In this document: positions 24,201 to 36,642 of the stretch, piece by piece
How the letters are laid out: each line of letters begins with the position of its first letter
Position numbering within the stretch: the first letter of the stretch is position 1
NCBI RefSeq assembly: GCF_964204645.1
Contig: NC_134025.1
Span: forward strand, 12,710,001 to 12,774,000
Reading direction: 5' to 3'
Source: Tubulanus polymorphus
Lineage: Eukaryota > Animalia > Nemertea
Length of the DNA stretch: 64,000 nucleotides
The notes under the pieces: generated by a model
The model's database searches: none
What the model saw: the letters and a program-made list of their open reading frames with translations, nothing else
Told to the model about the DNA's origin: nothing
Program-made: the position numbers and the translations under genes

Positions 24201-24503
24201 GCATAATCGAAAAGCAGGCGGTAGCCATATCAGAACTCAAAAGACAACTTGTTTATTTTCATATTAAGATTGCTTTTTCTTTTTTAAGCAAGGAATTAGT
24301 CTTTCTCTAAAGCTTATTTTTTCAGAAAAAAAGTATATAGTTGCGGCTTGCCTAATCTGGGCAGGCTAATATTCTGATATCATCTAAAATTCTAGCAAAG
24401 AAACGGATATGATATCATATGATATCTATGAATTCATTTTCTATACAATTCTATAGAAGAAATGGGAAGAAGGGGGAGAAGAAAAGAAAGAGGAAAGAGG
24501 AAA

Positions 24504-24550
24504 GATTTTAGCGGGCTACCGGCGCGAAGCGCCGGTAGCCCGCTAAAATC
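24504..24550. other. Perfect 22-bp-stem hairpin with a GCGAAGC loop
   Basis: gattttagcgggctaccggcgc-gaa-gcgccggtagcccgctaaaatc. Confidence 0.9.
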
Positions 24551-25000
24551 ATCGTTTCGCCAAAGCAATTTTAAATTTAGAGTAGTGCGCATATATTCTC
24601 AGATGGCACGATTCCTATTCGGCACGCAACAGTGGCCGCCATTTTGTAACGTTCTCATTCACTCACTCGCCATAGTCTTGAGAGCATATCAAGCCAGCCG
24701 GTGGCGCCACCTCGTGGAGTCACTTGACACTTTCGAAAATCTTTATCGACGATCGTCGGCTCGCGATATTTTTTAACGTAGATTTTTATGATTGAGATAC
24801 GAACAAAATGAAATTTGAGACTTGTTTATGGAAATCATAAAAATGACAAGAAAAATCGTAAAATCGGGATATTTTTATTTTAAAATCCTATTTTTCAAGC
24901 ACGAGTCAGAACGGCGTATTTTTCTATACCAAAGCAACGATTCCGCCTAAATCGGGACACTTGGCAGCACTGCTCATGAGAAACCGAGAGAGATAAATAT

Positions 25001-25420
25001 ATAACTAGGGGTCCAGGGACACCATGCCCACTTGGGAAGTGCTTTGAAATGCTCAACAATCTGTCAATTTCAATATTCAATGCCCCTGGTGAACATATAC
25101 TGAAACCAATGACCTTGAAACTCACCACATATGCCTAGGTACCAACATAATATGGAAATACTTAGTTATTCTGCAATTCAATGCCCCCTGGTGACCATAT
25201 ACAACAAGAAACCAAATTCTTAACATGGACTTTCCTAAATTTACATACCGCACATCAAGAAGAAAATAATGAACAACTATGAGGAACTGTATTGATTGCT
25301 TTTGTGTTTTATTTGATTTTAAACTGTTTAAAAAATATTGTAAATAATCTAAAAATCTATTTTTGTTAATAAAAATGGACAGAATATAATTCTATTGAAG
25401 CCCCAATATGGCCACTTGGT
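25001..25420 (-). mobile_element. Helitron/Helentron-like non-autonomous repeat ('ccagggggc' family), 3' end
   Basis: aactaggggtccagggacaccatgccca is the reverse of the ...ggaccccctagtt end at 57921. Repeated caatgccccctggtg units. Confidence 0.6.
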
Positions 25421-26454
25421 AATATTTCCTTTTTATGAATCAGACAGAAATTATGTGACACAATAAAATGCCATGTCTGGTTTGATACATTCTTTATAAT
25501 ACTTATACATTTACATTAATGTATTACAACAGTAGGTACATATATTAGAGAACAGGGAGTTTACATAGAAGTCTGAGCTGAAAAAAGAACGCGAATGAGT
25601 GAAACTCAAAGCAAGTAAATCACCATAAAAATGTTATAATACTGAAAGATGGTCACTGGCTAGATGGGGAATGTTAAGTGGAGTGGCCCTAGCTTATTCT
25701 ATGTTTTCAACATTTATGACTAATCTCATATTGAATAATTACAGGGTGTGAAGCACACTAAAATTACACATTTAACATAAGATTGTAGGAAGTCAAATGG
25801 TCCAGCTAGTACTAAATAAACTGAACTGAGATAAATATAACAGTATCCATATTTTGAGAAAATGTGTGTCCATGATCCAAATCTTAAAAAAAGTTAGTAA
25901 TTCATGCTATTCACAGCAGGAAAGTAGAACATTCATAGTAACTTATATCCACATCATAAAAGTTTATATCATGACCTTTGCTTTGTGCTATAGCAAACTG
26001 TAATTCCTGATTTTTTTAACCTTTAAATTATTGAATTATCAATTATTGACCAATACACATAGGAGGGTCACTGCATTTTGTAAATTACATGGAAGAAATA
26101 AGCAGTATTTACCATTATGTCAAAATAATAATTGACAATATCATGTCAACATGTGTCTTTACTACACATTGGAGCCTGTTGTCTTTACTACACATTGGAG
26201 CCTGGGTAGCTAGAAAATGAACAAATTTGTCATCAACTCACGAGTTACTTACAAAATTCAAAAACAGCTCTTTCAATTGATACATTAATTTCATGCGCAT
26301 TCTTTGATGATAAGTAAAATGATCTAGCAAAGACTATTCAAATCAAATGAATATGCAATGTCCACATCAGTAATGCTAGGACTATTCAATTCAAACTAAA
26401 ATGCAATGACCATAATAGTGCAGCTAGAACTACTCACCAAAATGTAATGCCTAT

Positions 26455-26920
26455 GGCAGTCCAGTTAGGACTACATGTATTTACTTTTAACTAAATTATA
26501 ATGTTTATGCCAGTCCAGGTAGGACTATTCACTTTTAACTAAAATCTAATGTTCATGTCAGTCCAGGTAGGACTATTCACTTTTAACTAAAATCTAATGT
26601 TTATACCAGTCCAGGTAGGACTCTTCACTTTTAACTAAAATCTAATGTTTATGCTAGTCCAGGTAGGACTATTCACTTTTAACTAAAATCCAATGTTTAT
26701 GCCAGTCCAGGTAGGACTATTCACTTTTAACTATAATCTAATGTTTATGCTAGTCCAGGTAGGACTATTCACTTTTAACTAAAATCTAATGTTTATGCCC
26801 GTCCAGGTAGGACTATTCACTTTTAACTAAAACCTCACGTTATTATCAGTCCAGTAAGGACTATTCTCTTCTAAATAAAATCTAATGTTTATGCCAGTCC
26901 AGTTAGGACTCTTCACTTCA
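26455..26920. repeat. 48-bp minisatellite, ~9-10 copies
   Basis: Unit ccagtccaggtaggactattcacttttaactaaaatctaatgtttatg. Confidence 0.9.
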
Positions 26921-27415
26921 AACTTAAATGCTATGTATAGTTGTTTCACCCACAATGTAAATTCAAAAAACAATTCTTATAACTTTTGTTCTAATGTTTC
27001 GGGTGGATTACTTCTACAGGGAGGAAAGTCACCATAGAAGAAAAATCCGGAAAATTAAAAGTTATACATCTGCCCCCACCTCGCGAGCGCCGAAGCCGCG
27101 AAGCAACCCCTAGGGGGTTTGGGGGTCCTCCCCCAAGAAAATTTTTGAAATTAAAAGCGTTTTCCGAGCACTTAGAGCGATCTTGAGCCCATGAACGATG
27201 ACCCTATATTTTGAAAGTAATGTCCATTTCCAATGCGACACATCCACATTTCACTAACAATCAGCATCTGAAGCAGTAGAGGTCGAACCCCTAAATAAGT
27301 GAATATTGTGCGCTGCGCACCGCGCTACCCGAATGACTGTATTGAGGATAGACGCTCGAGACACGACGCTATGTTTTCTCACTATACGTACTACTTCTAG
27401 TGGCTATAAATAGAC

Positions 27416-27451
27416 CTACGAGCAATTATCTAGTTAGATAATTGCTCGTAG
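27416..27451. mobile_element. 36-bp hairpin insertion with a 7-bp flanking direct repeat
   Basis: aatagac|ctacgagcaattatcta-gt-tagataattgctcgtag|aatagac. Confidence 0.7.
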
Positions 27452-28049
27452 AATAGACGTAGCCTATTAATGATCGATCACACTATGAGGTCACGCAGAT
27501 GCGCTATTCTCGCAATATAAATAATCGCAACATTTCAAACAAACAGTTTAGAATAAAGTCCGGAATTCCGTGTTAAAAACTCCCTCATCAGTTTGATTCA
27601 TGAAGTACCGGTACACAGTAATATTTTTTTTCTATTTTTTACATTGATAACAAAAAGGCAAAATAATACTCACATTTCTATGAAATATCCAATAAACAGC
27701 TCCCATGTTGACAAAACACAAATAATTCCACACCGACGTTGTCGAATTTGAACACTACCGGTACTTATATATAAGTAAAAGTTAGCACTAGCAGGCTGCA
27801 CTGGATATTCCAACGAATTGTTCATGATAAAATCACATCAGATATAAATATATACAGTATTCAATTTAAGAATGTACCTGAACTAGAACTACTACTATCT
27901 AAAAACTATTAAACTACGAACGCAAAGTTATTTTCAGTCTATTTGAAAGACTGACGACGACGGCTTTCACTAGCCCTGGACATAATCCTACGTTTGGTTT
28001 CTTGAGCTATTTGGTGAACCGTTTTTCTTTTCAAGTTCACACGACTTGG

Positions 28050-30408
28050 TCAATTGGATGCAGTTTTGGCAACTTTTCTTGGTCGCAGTAGCTCACTTTC
28101 CCGGGCTAAATCAACACCAAGCTGTCGTTTTTCGGTGTTTTTCTTCTCCCGAATTTGCGAGTTGTTTTTAATAAATCTCGAGTAGGCAGTATGCATATGA
28201 TATGCTATATTACGGTCTACCGGTGAATATTCTATGTCCGGTCTATGGTAAACTTCAAGCGCGCTTTTACCTTTAGCCTTCAAGTCGTACTTTACGTTTT
28301 GAATAGCTGCGAATGTTGATGCATGCATCCTGTTCGATTTTTTATCCATTATATCATTCATTATAGAAAACGAATGCTCGACTCTTGGCCCAGTGATATG
28401 GACATACACGCTTTAACCACTTTTGCAATGTTTGGGTACTTATTGGTCTTAAATACTTCGGTCCACCACAGGTCAAGCCTAATTTTCTCAGCATCAAACT
28501 TCGGTAAATGAGTGTCAAGTTGTATGCGATTTATCTCCAATAAATAATTGTTCATAGATTCGTGGTCGTTTGGTGAAATGACAGTGGGAAAGTAGGTAAC
28601 CAAGTCTTTCAGTGCAGACGCGGTTTCACTGTTACCGAGCGCATCGGGCCCTATGGCCGATAAACAACGCAGAAGGTGATTTTCAAGGGGCATTTTCTTC
28701 GGTAGATATCCACCAGATTTAATATATGCCTTGGATACAGTTTCCAAGAAATGTGTGCGCATTTTTTTGTCCCACGAGTCTAATAGGTTGCTGGCTTCGG
28801 CCCCGACAAACATATCGTCAAGTTTACGATGTTTCGTACTGTTTGTAGCGTCGAACTCGGATAACTTCTCTGGAGTGAGATTTTTAACAAACTCGTGCTT
28901 AACATATCCACATGTAAAATCTCTAGACAGCGCATATATCTCGTCATGAATCTGATGTATTTTGGGTTCATCAGCTTCAAAAATCATCACGAATGATTTG
29001 AACAAAGGTAAAATGCGTGCGTACGTTTACATGTGTATAAGAGTCTCCTGTCTCTTATAGAACTCTTTTTCATAAATCCGTCGCTTTCTTTCTTTACCGT
29101 CCGCAGTGAGGGATTTATTTTTCATTTTTTTAACGACACTGTAAACTCGTTTCCTAGAAGCCTCCGAGCACGATTTCAGGATGTCAATAACATAGTTATC
29201 ATAGAGGTTTCTGTCCTCATCGCTCATAAATGAAAAGTAAATGCAAGTTAGCGCGTCAAAGAGCTCCAGATTTTTTACGGTTACGTCGTACATAGACAAC
29301 CAGCGATGCGAGATTCTTTCAGCGGGAACAACAAACGGTATGTTCAGTATAAGACAAATTTGTTCTAATGCCTCACGCATATCCGGGGAATACTTAAAGT
29401 CGGTATATATATCGTCATCAAGCTTTTCAAGGTACGAGTCAAATGCAGAACAAAAGTTCTTAACCATATTGTGTACATGATGACATATGTCCCCGTCAAT
29501 GTCCAGCAGATGATTGACTTTTCGTCGTAATTTGGCTTCATAGCCATTTAGACGTCCTCGCATGTAATTTGTCGAATCAGAGAGCGACGAAATCAGATTA
29601 TCGAGAGAAATATTTGCCGATTCAAATAATCCAATAACGGTATCGAACACGGTCTGCACATTCACAGTTACCATCCTGACAGAATCAAAATGCTTAACGA
29701 CACACTTTCCTTCGATTTCTGAGTAAAAGTTGACGAGTACCGTGATGATTCGCTCTTTATTTTGTGCCGTACATTCATCTAATTTGATTGAAAAAAAACT
29801 GCGCTGCATCTCTGCAACTAGACGCTTGTGAACCGCTGGGCTTAGTCCATGAGTCAGTTTATACTTGGCCGTAACCTTACTCATGGAAAATGACTGAGAA
29901 CTTTCTCATCTCTCGACATAGCCTGTGTAAATTGTATCAAATGTGGCGCAAATGCAAACGGCAGCCCGTGTTCCGCCAGAAAACTAACGGTTAATGCTTG
30001 CGCATTAGACAAACGACCGAGGACCGACACAATCGGTTGATTTTGAGTCGCCGTAGAATTTGAGCTAGACGCCCCGGGTGATTCATCACTTACCAGTGCT
30101 GGGGGCACTACCCCTTGATAAGCTATAGGAAGTTGTTCGTTTGATCGAATGGCCTCAATGGCCCGTTTATGGTCTCCACGCTTAGCATGTTTTTTTAAAT
30201 CACTTTTCCCCGAGTTTCCATATTTCAAAGTCATGTTACACAAAGAACAAAATGCAAGTCCAGGAGCATCTATTTTCTTTAAATAGATCGACATAACATC
30301 GCCAATACAATCCTTCTCTCCCAACCATGCCCATTGCCATGGATTTTTAACATCACGATCTATAGTTTTTATATCGTCACTCGCACGACTTACTATTTTG
30401 GAATTCAT
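28050..30408 (-). pseudogene. hAT transposase broken by three frameshifts
   Basis: BED-like finger (WQWAW..AFCSLC..DLKKHAKRGDH), FSIKLDECT, SDSTNYM, CHHVHN (CxxH), RWLS, LWW and GPRVEHSFS, spread over ORFs 29881-30408, 29027-29884, 28361-29005 and 28050-28409. Confidence 0.9.
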
Positions 30409-31894
30409 TTTGACCTATCCACACTCAATTACTGCAGAGAATTAAGAGACTCAAAAAACTTCTCTAGACGTAGCCTACACGTACAAATGAGGTCACGTCA
30501 CTCAGGTGCACGGCTATCGCCGAAAGAGTGATAATTGTAACAGAAGGAAATTATACACTTGTTAAACGTCAGTAATAGAATCTAACTGTAAAACGAAATA
30601 AATGTCGTCCGGTCTGCGGCGCTTTTACGGCCACCGGTACCAACAAACTTTCAAATAAACCCTACCCCCCCCCCCCCCCCTCACATTTTCTCATCGTTTT
30701 TAGGCTTTTTAGAAAAATGACCTTGGACTTGAAAAATCCGGAATTCCGGATAAATCCGGAAAACTTTCCTCCCTGCTTCTACCCATCTGGATGGGTGGAA
30801 GTAATTCACCTCAAACGTCAGAAAAAAAGTAACATAAATTATTTATTGAATATATTGTGGGTGAAAGTATATACTAAAGTAATATAGTATAGACTAAAAA
30901 TAGTCATAACTATCTACATAAAATGCAATATCGATAGGAGTCCAGCTAGGACAACTGAACTACAATATCCATATTGTGACTGTCAGTATACTTTGAACAA
31001 AAAAGTTAGGTAACTAATTTTTGTTGAGGGATACCAACTTAACAAAGCATTATATTTTAGTTATCAACTAAGATAAACTACAACAGTAAAAAGTGTCTGA
31101 AAGAGGAAAGTCACAGATATGGAGAGTAATGAAGTGAATGAATTCATCCTTTAATGCACAACAATCTATTGTGAATTTACAATCAAGGTAAACCATTCCT
31201 TAATGCTGAAGAAATTGTGTTCCTGAGCAGCAACTACTTTAATGATTTATTCTGGTAGACAACAATCAAAGATACAGCTGCAATATTTGTCAACTTCTTT
31301 GCATAATTTGATCTGGAAAGGAAGGAATGTACGTCACAAATTAACCATTTTATAAAATCTTTGTTTTTGATTTTAAGTTGACTTCTGTTTCCAGTGGAAT
31401 ACGTGTTTAAAATACGTGGGATGAGGCTTCATGGGTAGATTCATATTCAAATTTTATATATAAATATCTATGCTAAAATGAGAGATATTACTCCATAAAG
31501 AAAACACTTTTTTACCAAAATACTAAACATTGGCCAACATTAACTTAGTATCTAGGTCAGAATTCACAAGAAAACATGTTTTATCATAGTGAACACAAAT
31601 TATTAGTTAAACTGGATGGATAGAGTCTGCCCAGTAGCACATTTAATACAGCATAGAAAATGAAAATGAATACTCAATGGATGAACAGTAGTGCATTAAC
31701 GTGTGAAGTGATTAAACAATTCAATTCATAAATCTTCATAGTTGAGATTCTCTTCTTTTAAATCTTTTAACTATTTTAGTTTATTCTAAATATTAGGTGA
31801 GATATGATGGTTTGAAATTAAGGTAACGTTCTACAAAATAAGCCTGTATGTTACATTACTTTTTTTGACAGTGTATATGGGCAACCAGGTTGAT

Positions 31895-34212
31895 TTAAGT
31901 CATAGAGGTGATAGATTTGCCTCTCATGTGCACGGTAGGCGTAGCAGGTAATAGTTGCAGAATGTTATCAAGATCAGTTGGAATCACTGTTAAGTTGAAA
32001 TAATTGTTCACAATTTCATGCGAGCATTGAAGTGTCATTACTTCATCAGTGCCTGGTTTTTCAGCGAGAAAATGTACCAACTTGTCATCAACTGATTCGA
32101 TTGCTGTTAACTCAAGCTCAGCAATGTCTTCAGGAGCTTGAGTGATCTGAAAAGAAATATTCACCTAACTTAAGACACGGCAGTATTAAGATGGTTGCTA
32201 GAAATATTCTGTAGCAATACTTGCTTGTGGCAATAAATGGGGAGCTGCAACACCACATGGAGTGATGAGCACTCATGCAGCCGTCAATATTTGGATTAAC
32301 TCCCCCCCCCCCCCTGTCCATCCACTCGATTTCACTTCAATTTAGGTTGGTAGTCTATTTGACTGGGGTTCTATTTCCCTATACCTTAACTGAGATATGC
32401 ATTCGATCATCTATCGGTGCGATTCAAGAATAGGGGACTATAGCAATATATATGTAGTGATAGTAATCAATTAAGTAATAATATTAGTAATTGATAATGA
32501 TGATATATAATGATAGTTATGTATATAGTAATTAATGATGATTAGGGAACTAAACCTAACCCTAAACCTAACCACTAGTCCCCTATTCTTGAATCTTACC
32601 CATCTATCTATTTCACAATTGTCATGACCTGTGGTACACTCGACTATCACTTGACTACCTTAACTACTACATTAGTCTCTGTCTAATGGGTATTGGTCAA
32701 ATCTGGTAATCCATTCAATTGGGTAGAAGGAAAATAACATAACGGTTTGCTCCATTCATTTTTATGCTGAGTACTTAATGATGAATACACAATGTTTGTG
32801 GAATTCAATCAAACAAACATTAAGTATTGTGTAAAATAGGACTTCAAAACACAACCCTGCTTAACATCTGGAACACGGCCTAATGGGACGTTGGTGATAC
32901 ATTTTACCAAATATAAAGTAGAACTGGCAAGTCGGACAGTTGGATTATTGGCAAAGTTGGCTGAAATTCTAAGGTCTTGATTTTTTCAGTTCATTTTCAA
33001 AATCTGTCTCAAAGTTGAATTCTGGAAGTTGGAAATTCAGCTAAGTTTGCTAGAATACACTATGTTCTGAAAGTTTGAAAGTAATGCATTTTTCAATCTC
33101 TTAAGTCTGTTGGCCAATTTCAGTTCTTTTCAAAAAGATAGTTTAATATTAATATTATCATACTACCCTGGTAAGCAAACATTTTCATAGGAAAATGCTA
33201 AAAGAAAAGCCAGCAATTCATTGTATTACAGAGGTTTTTGATGTAAGTCGAATTGTTGTACTAATGAGGCTTGACTGTAATCATTTGATAAGTTGACAGC
33301 ATTTTACATATATGCTTTACCATAACTTGTATCATCAATAGACTCCAGCGATACTAACCTGAATGACTGTGGATGCAGTTGTAGCTAGTACTGTGTTGTT
33401 GTTGAAACTGGAGACAAAGAGGTCCGAAGCTTGTATATGTTGTCCTGTTGCCACCTTTGTCTCAGAAAACTGCCTCCACAAGGCAACTTTCACGGATGAT
33501 GAGGAATCTTGCAATCTAATGTTCCTTATTGGAACATTGGTTTCACCCACTTTGACAGGGCTTGGTAATTCATCCTGAAATATAGAGCATGAGATTGACA
33601 TTGTTTACAGGTCTTCCTCTTTAAATGAAAATGATTTAGAATAATTAGTAATTTGGCAATGAGAACTTTGGCAATGAGAACGAGAAAGAGATTCAAGCGA
33701 AAAACCAAAATTTCAAGGACTGTGAATTTAGAATATAGTGGTAATTTTGTATATAAAATATAACCTATACTAACATTTCATAATGTAACTTGGAGTAAAA
33801 GAACCAACTAATTATCCATAGTTATACAGGCCAAGTTGAAGTATAAAGAGTTTTACCTGTACTATGGTTCCTTGAATCGTCACTTTTGATTTTAAAGGCT
33901 GTGCTTTAGCTTCTTTAATAGGAGACACAGGTATTGGAGGCGGGTTATGTGTGGTGCTTGTATAATTCCGACAGTAGTGTCAGCATTGATTGACATTGCG
34001 GAATTTCTTAATCGAAAATTAGTTAAAATCAATCCTGCATTCTGGCGTAGTTTGCCATCATGTTTATTTGAGTTGACGAAACACTTCATCACCCCAGTGG
34101 AATCTGCGATGACGATTTTATCTTTTGTTTTAGAGACATCCATTAGTTTCACTTTTAACATTTTATTTCCTGGTGTGGCACCATCTTTCAACCCTTGTAT
34201 TGTTAGCGGCAT
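31895..34212 (-). pseudogene. RPA70-like multi-OB-fold (ssDNA-binding) protein gene, three coding exons, one frameshift
   Basis: Exon 34212-33857 (KIVIADSTGVMKC..LILTNF; frameshift before PIKEAKAQPLKSKVTIQGTIVQ). Exon 33574-33359 (IRNIRLQDSSSSVKVALWRQ, an OB-fold 'D-x-S/T-G..TLW'-like motif). Exon 32146-31895. GT-AG junctions. Confidence 0.7.
32417..32598. mobile_element. MITE in an intron
   Basis: gattcaagaataggggacta / tagtcccctattcttgaatc, with internal cctaaccct motifs. Confidence 0.7.
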
Positions 34213-34487
34213 GATCTGTAAAGAGAATAATAAATCAAAATTTACAAGATTTATTTCAAGAATAGTTGAAATCATCACAGAATAGTGAGTTATTGACTGT
34301 ACTTTGAATATCTATATTTTGTCACTTAAATATCTTCAATTTAACTTTGAGTGCCATCAATAGAGATCCATATTGCTTAATGGTCTGAATAATAGCATTC
34401 TAATACACCAGAATCACTCCAAGAGTTATTATTAACTAAGATGAAATCACGGATAGAGTGGTAGTCAGTCACATGTGACTCTGTTAT

Positions 34488-34912
34488 TGTATTATTCAAC
34501 GCCCCCTGGTGTCCATATACAAAAACCAATGACCTTGAAACTCACCAAAATCATAGAACCCGTTATGAGCTACAAATTTCCAATTGATTGTGTTGAGGTA
34601 ACAAAATTTGCTTAGGTATCAATAATGTGGAAACACCTTCCCTCCTACGAATGAGTACTGATGACACCAAAATGGCCGCTAATTGTGTGATAATTGGTTG
34701 ACTGTCTCAGGTATTAAACATCCCTTTCCATAGAATAGCCACCACAAATTGCAATGAGAAATGGCAAACCAGTAGGAAAATTGACAAATTGACATTTTCG
34801 GGCACTAAAAAAGGTCACAGGAAGGCCATCTTGAGTCTGATTGACCCAATTTTTCTTAATATGGGCCTTTAGGGGATTCAAATATATACGAAAGATCAAG
34901 GTAATTGATCCA
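34488..34912 (-). repeat. 'ccagggggc' family fragment
   Basis: Reverse match to 56785-57245 (ggccatcttgagtc, ctacgaatgagtactgat, caacgccccctggtg). Confidence 0.7.
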
Positions 34913-36068
34913 TAGTTTTTGATGATTGTAGTGACTCAAAACATTTGACTTCGCCTCGTCAAAACACAATTGAAGTGAACAAATATGGTGGATCAGATTG
35001 TTTTCTTGTGGGAAGTTACAGATTTGGACTTGGATTGATGCCAGCAACTGATTTATTTGCTGATTCTTTTCTTATTTCAAATTTTCAAGATGTGACTCAA
35101 ATAAACGTTTATTATCAATAAATAGTACCATTGAGAATAAATTAGGATCAAAGTATAAGTTTGTTCAGTTTATCAATTCAGTCCGTATTATTCAATATCC
35201 CAAGAAAGTGAAACTAAATTTAATTTAAAGCCCCAGATTTCCAATACAAATCACACGTTTAGAAAGTCATGCAAGTTCTCAAAGTCATGAAGGTAAATAT
35301 TCGGATTATTTAATAAAATAGCTTGGATTGTGGACAAAAAACTGTGGTTGCACTGTACTGAACTGTAAGAAACAGGAATTAACTACGTGGAATTAACCTC
35401 TAACAAGAAAAAAATTTCTAAAAATGGACTCAATGTTGGTCAGTGTGAACTTTTAATGAAACTGTCATTTATCAGAACTCTCTTGAATAATATCTTCGAA
35501 AGATTGATGATGGGAATTTTAAGACTTACAAACGTTCATAATTTTAATCCTGAGAGAAGATGACATAAAACTAAGAGAAAAAGCTTACGGATTCAGGACC
35601 AGGTACAAACTAACGAGTTTACTCATCAGTTCGTTAATCATATGGACACAGTTATAAAACTAGAAGACCAAAGGTCCCGTGCTCTCGTGGTCCAGTTTTT
35701 TTATAATAGGGCCTAATAATGAAAACATATTACATTATTCATTCTACTACTCTTTTAATTATGCAGATCTGTTCACCTAGTGCCCTGGACCCTACGGTGA
35801 GACTGGAGCCTCAAACAGTGGCAGGCTGGAACAAATACGTCAGATCGATTTGTTTTACCTTAAACTTTAGAGTGAGATATGGCCGGTTAACGTAGTTCAA
35901 AAAGATCGACAGACCAATTAAGTGTATCACATTCAATGACTTTTTAATACGACAACTTCAATGAAAATCTATGATAAAGTTTACTTCATCCAAAAAACTA
36001 ATTTCACTGTAGGCCTATGGAAAACGCTCGTATTCATAACGCGCGCGGCAATATGAGCATGCTGTCAC

Positions 36069-36642
36069 TTCAAATTCAAATTCAAAATAACTTTATTGAT
36101 CCTTAATGTTCAACATATACATCATTGGATTGACATTTTAAATAAAGTGGACAGGACAAACAAGAGACATGGAGAATAGAAAAAAAAACAAAAATAATAC
36201 AGTATAATGGAGCAGTTTAGAAGGAAATTTTAACATAATTAATGTAACAGAGAATAGGCTATAAACATATATACAGTATCATGAATGGAGTAGGATAAGA
36301 GTATTAGACATTTATTAACTACAGCCTATATATAAACTTACAATGAATATATACATATACATACACATACATACATACAAATATACATACATATACGTAT
36401 ACATCCACATACACACATATACACACACATACATGTGTATCTATATAGTCCACTCAACCCAGAGTAAAGCGGTATCTGTATCCGTGTTTAATTAGAGTTG
36501 TGACGAAAGGTAGCTAGATCATTTACCAGGTTACATACAACTTTGCCTATTTCAGAATCATTGTTATAATTAGAGAAGAGGAGGGCGAATTGTTCATCAG
36601 GGTTTAGGGTTGAGAAGGAAGGGATAATATCATTGATGTTGG
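36069..36642 (-). mobile_element. 3' end of a LINE (CR1/L2-group-like) with a (TTGAAT)n tail and TACA microsatellite; this is the gypsy insertion target
   Basis: Minus-strand NINDIIPSFSTLNPDEQFALLF..VCNLVNDLATFRH*, then aataaa and a tttgaa repeat tail at 36069-36097. Confidence 0.6.

Larger units (their letters stand above)
27017..30775 (-). mobile_element. hAT DNA transposon, full length, with 6-bp TSD
   Basis: TIR CAGGGAGGAAAGT / ACTTTCCTCCCTG. Subterminal aatccggaa repeats. cttcta at 27011-16 and 30776-81. Confidence 0.92.

Noticed and set aside
31180-31315. Possible extra Cys-rich minus-strand exon (IKLCKEVDKYCSCIFDCC)
   Set aside because: It lies downstream of the OB-fold gene stop, is short, and has no supporting motif.
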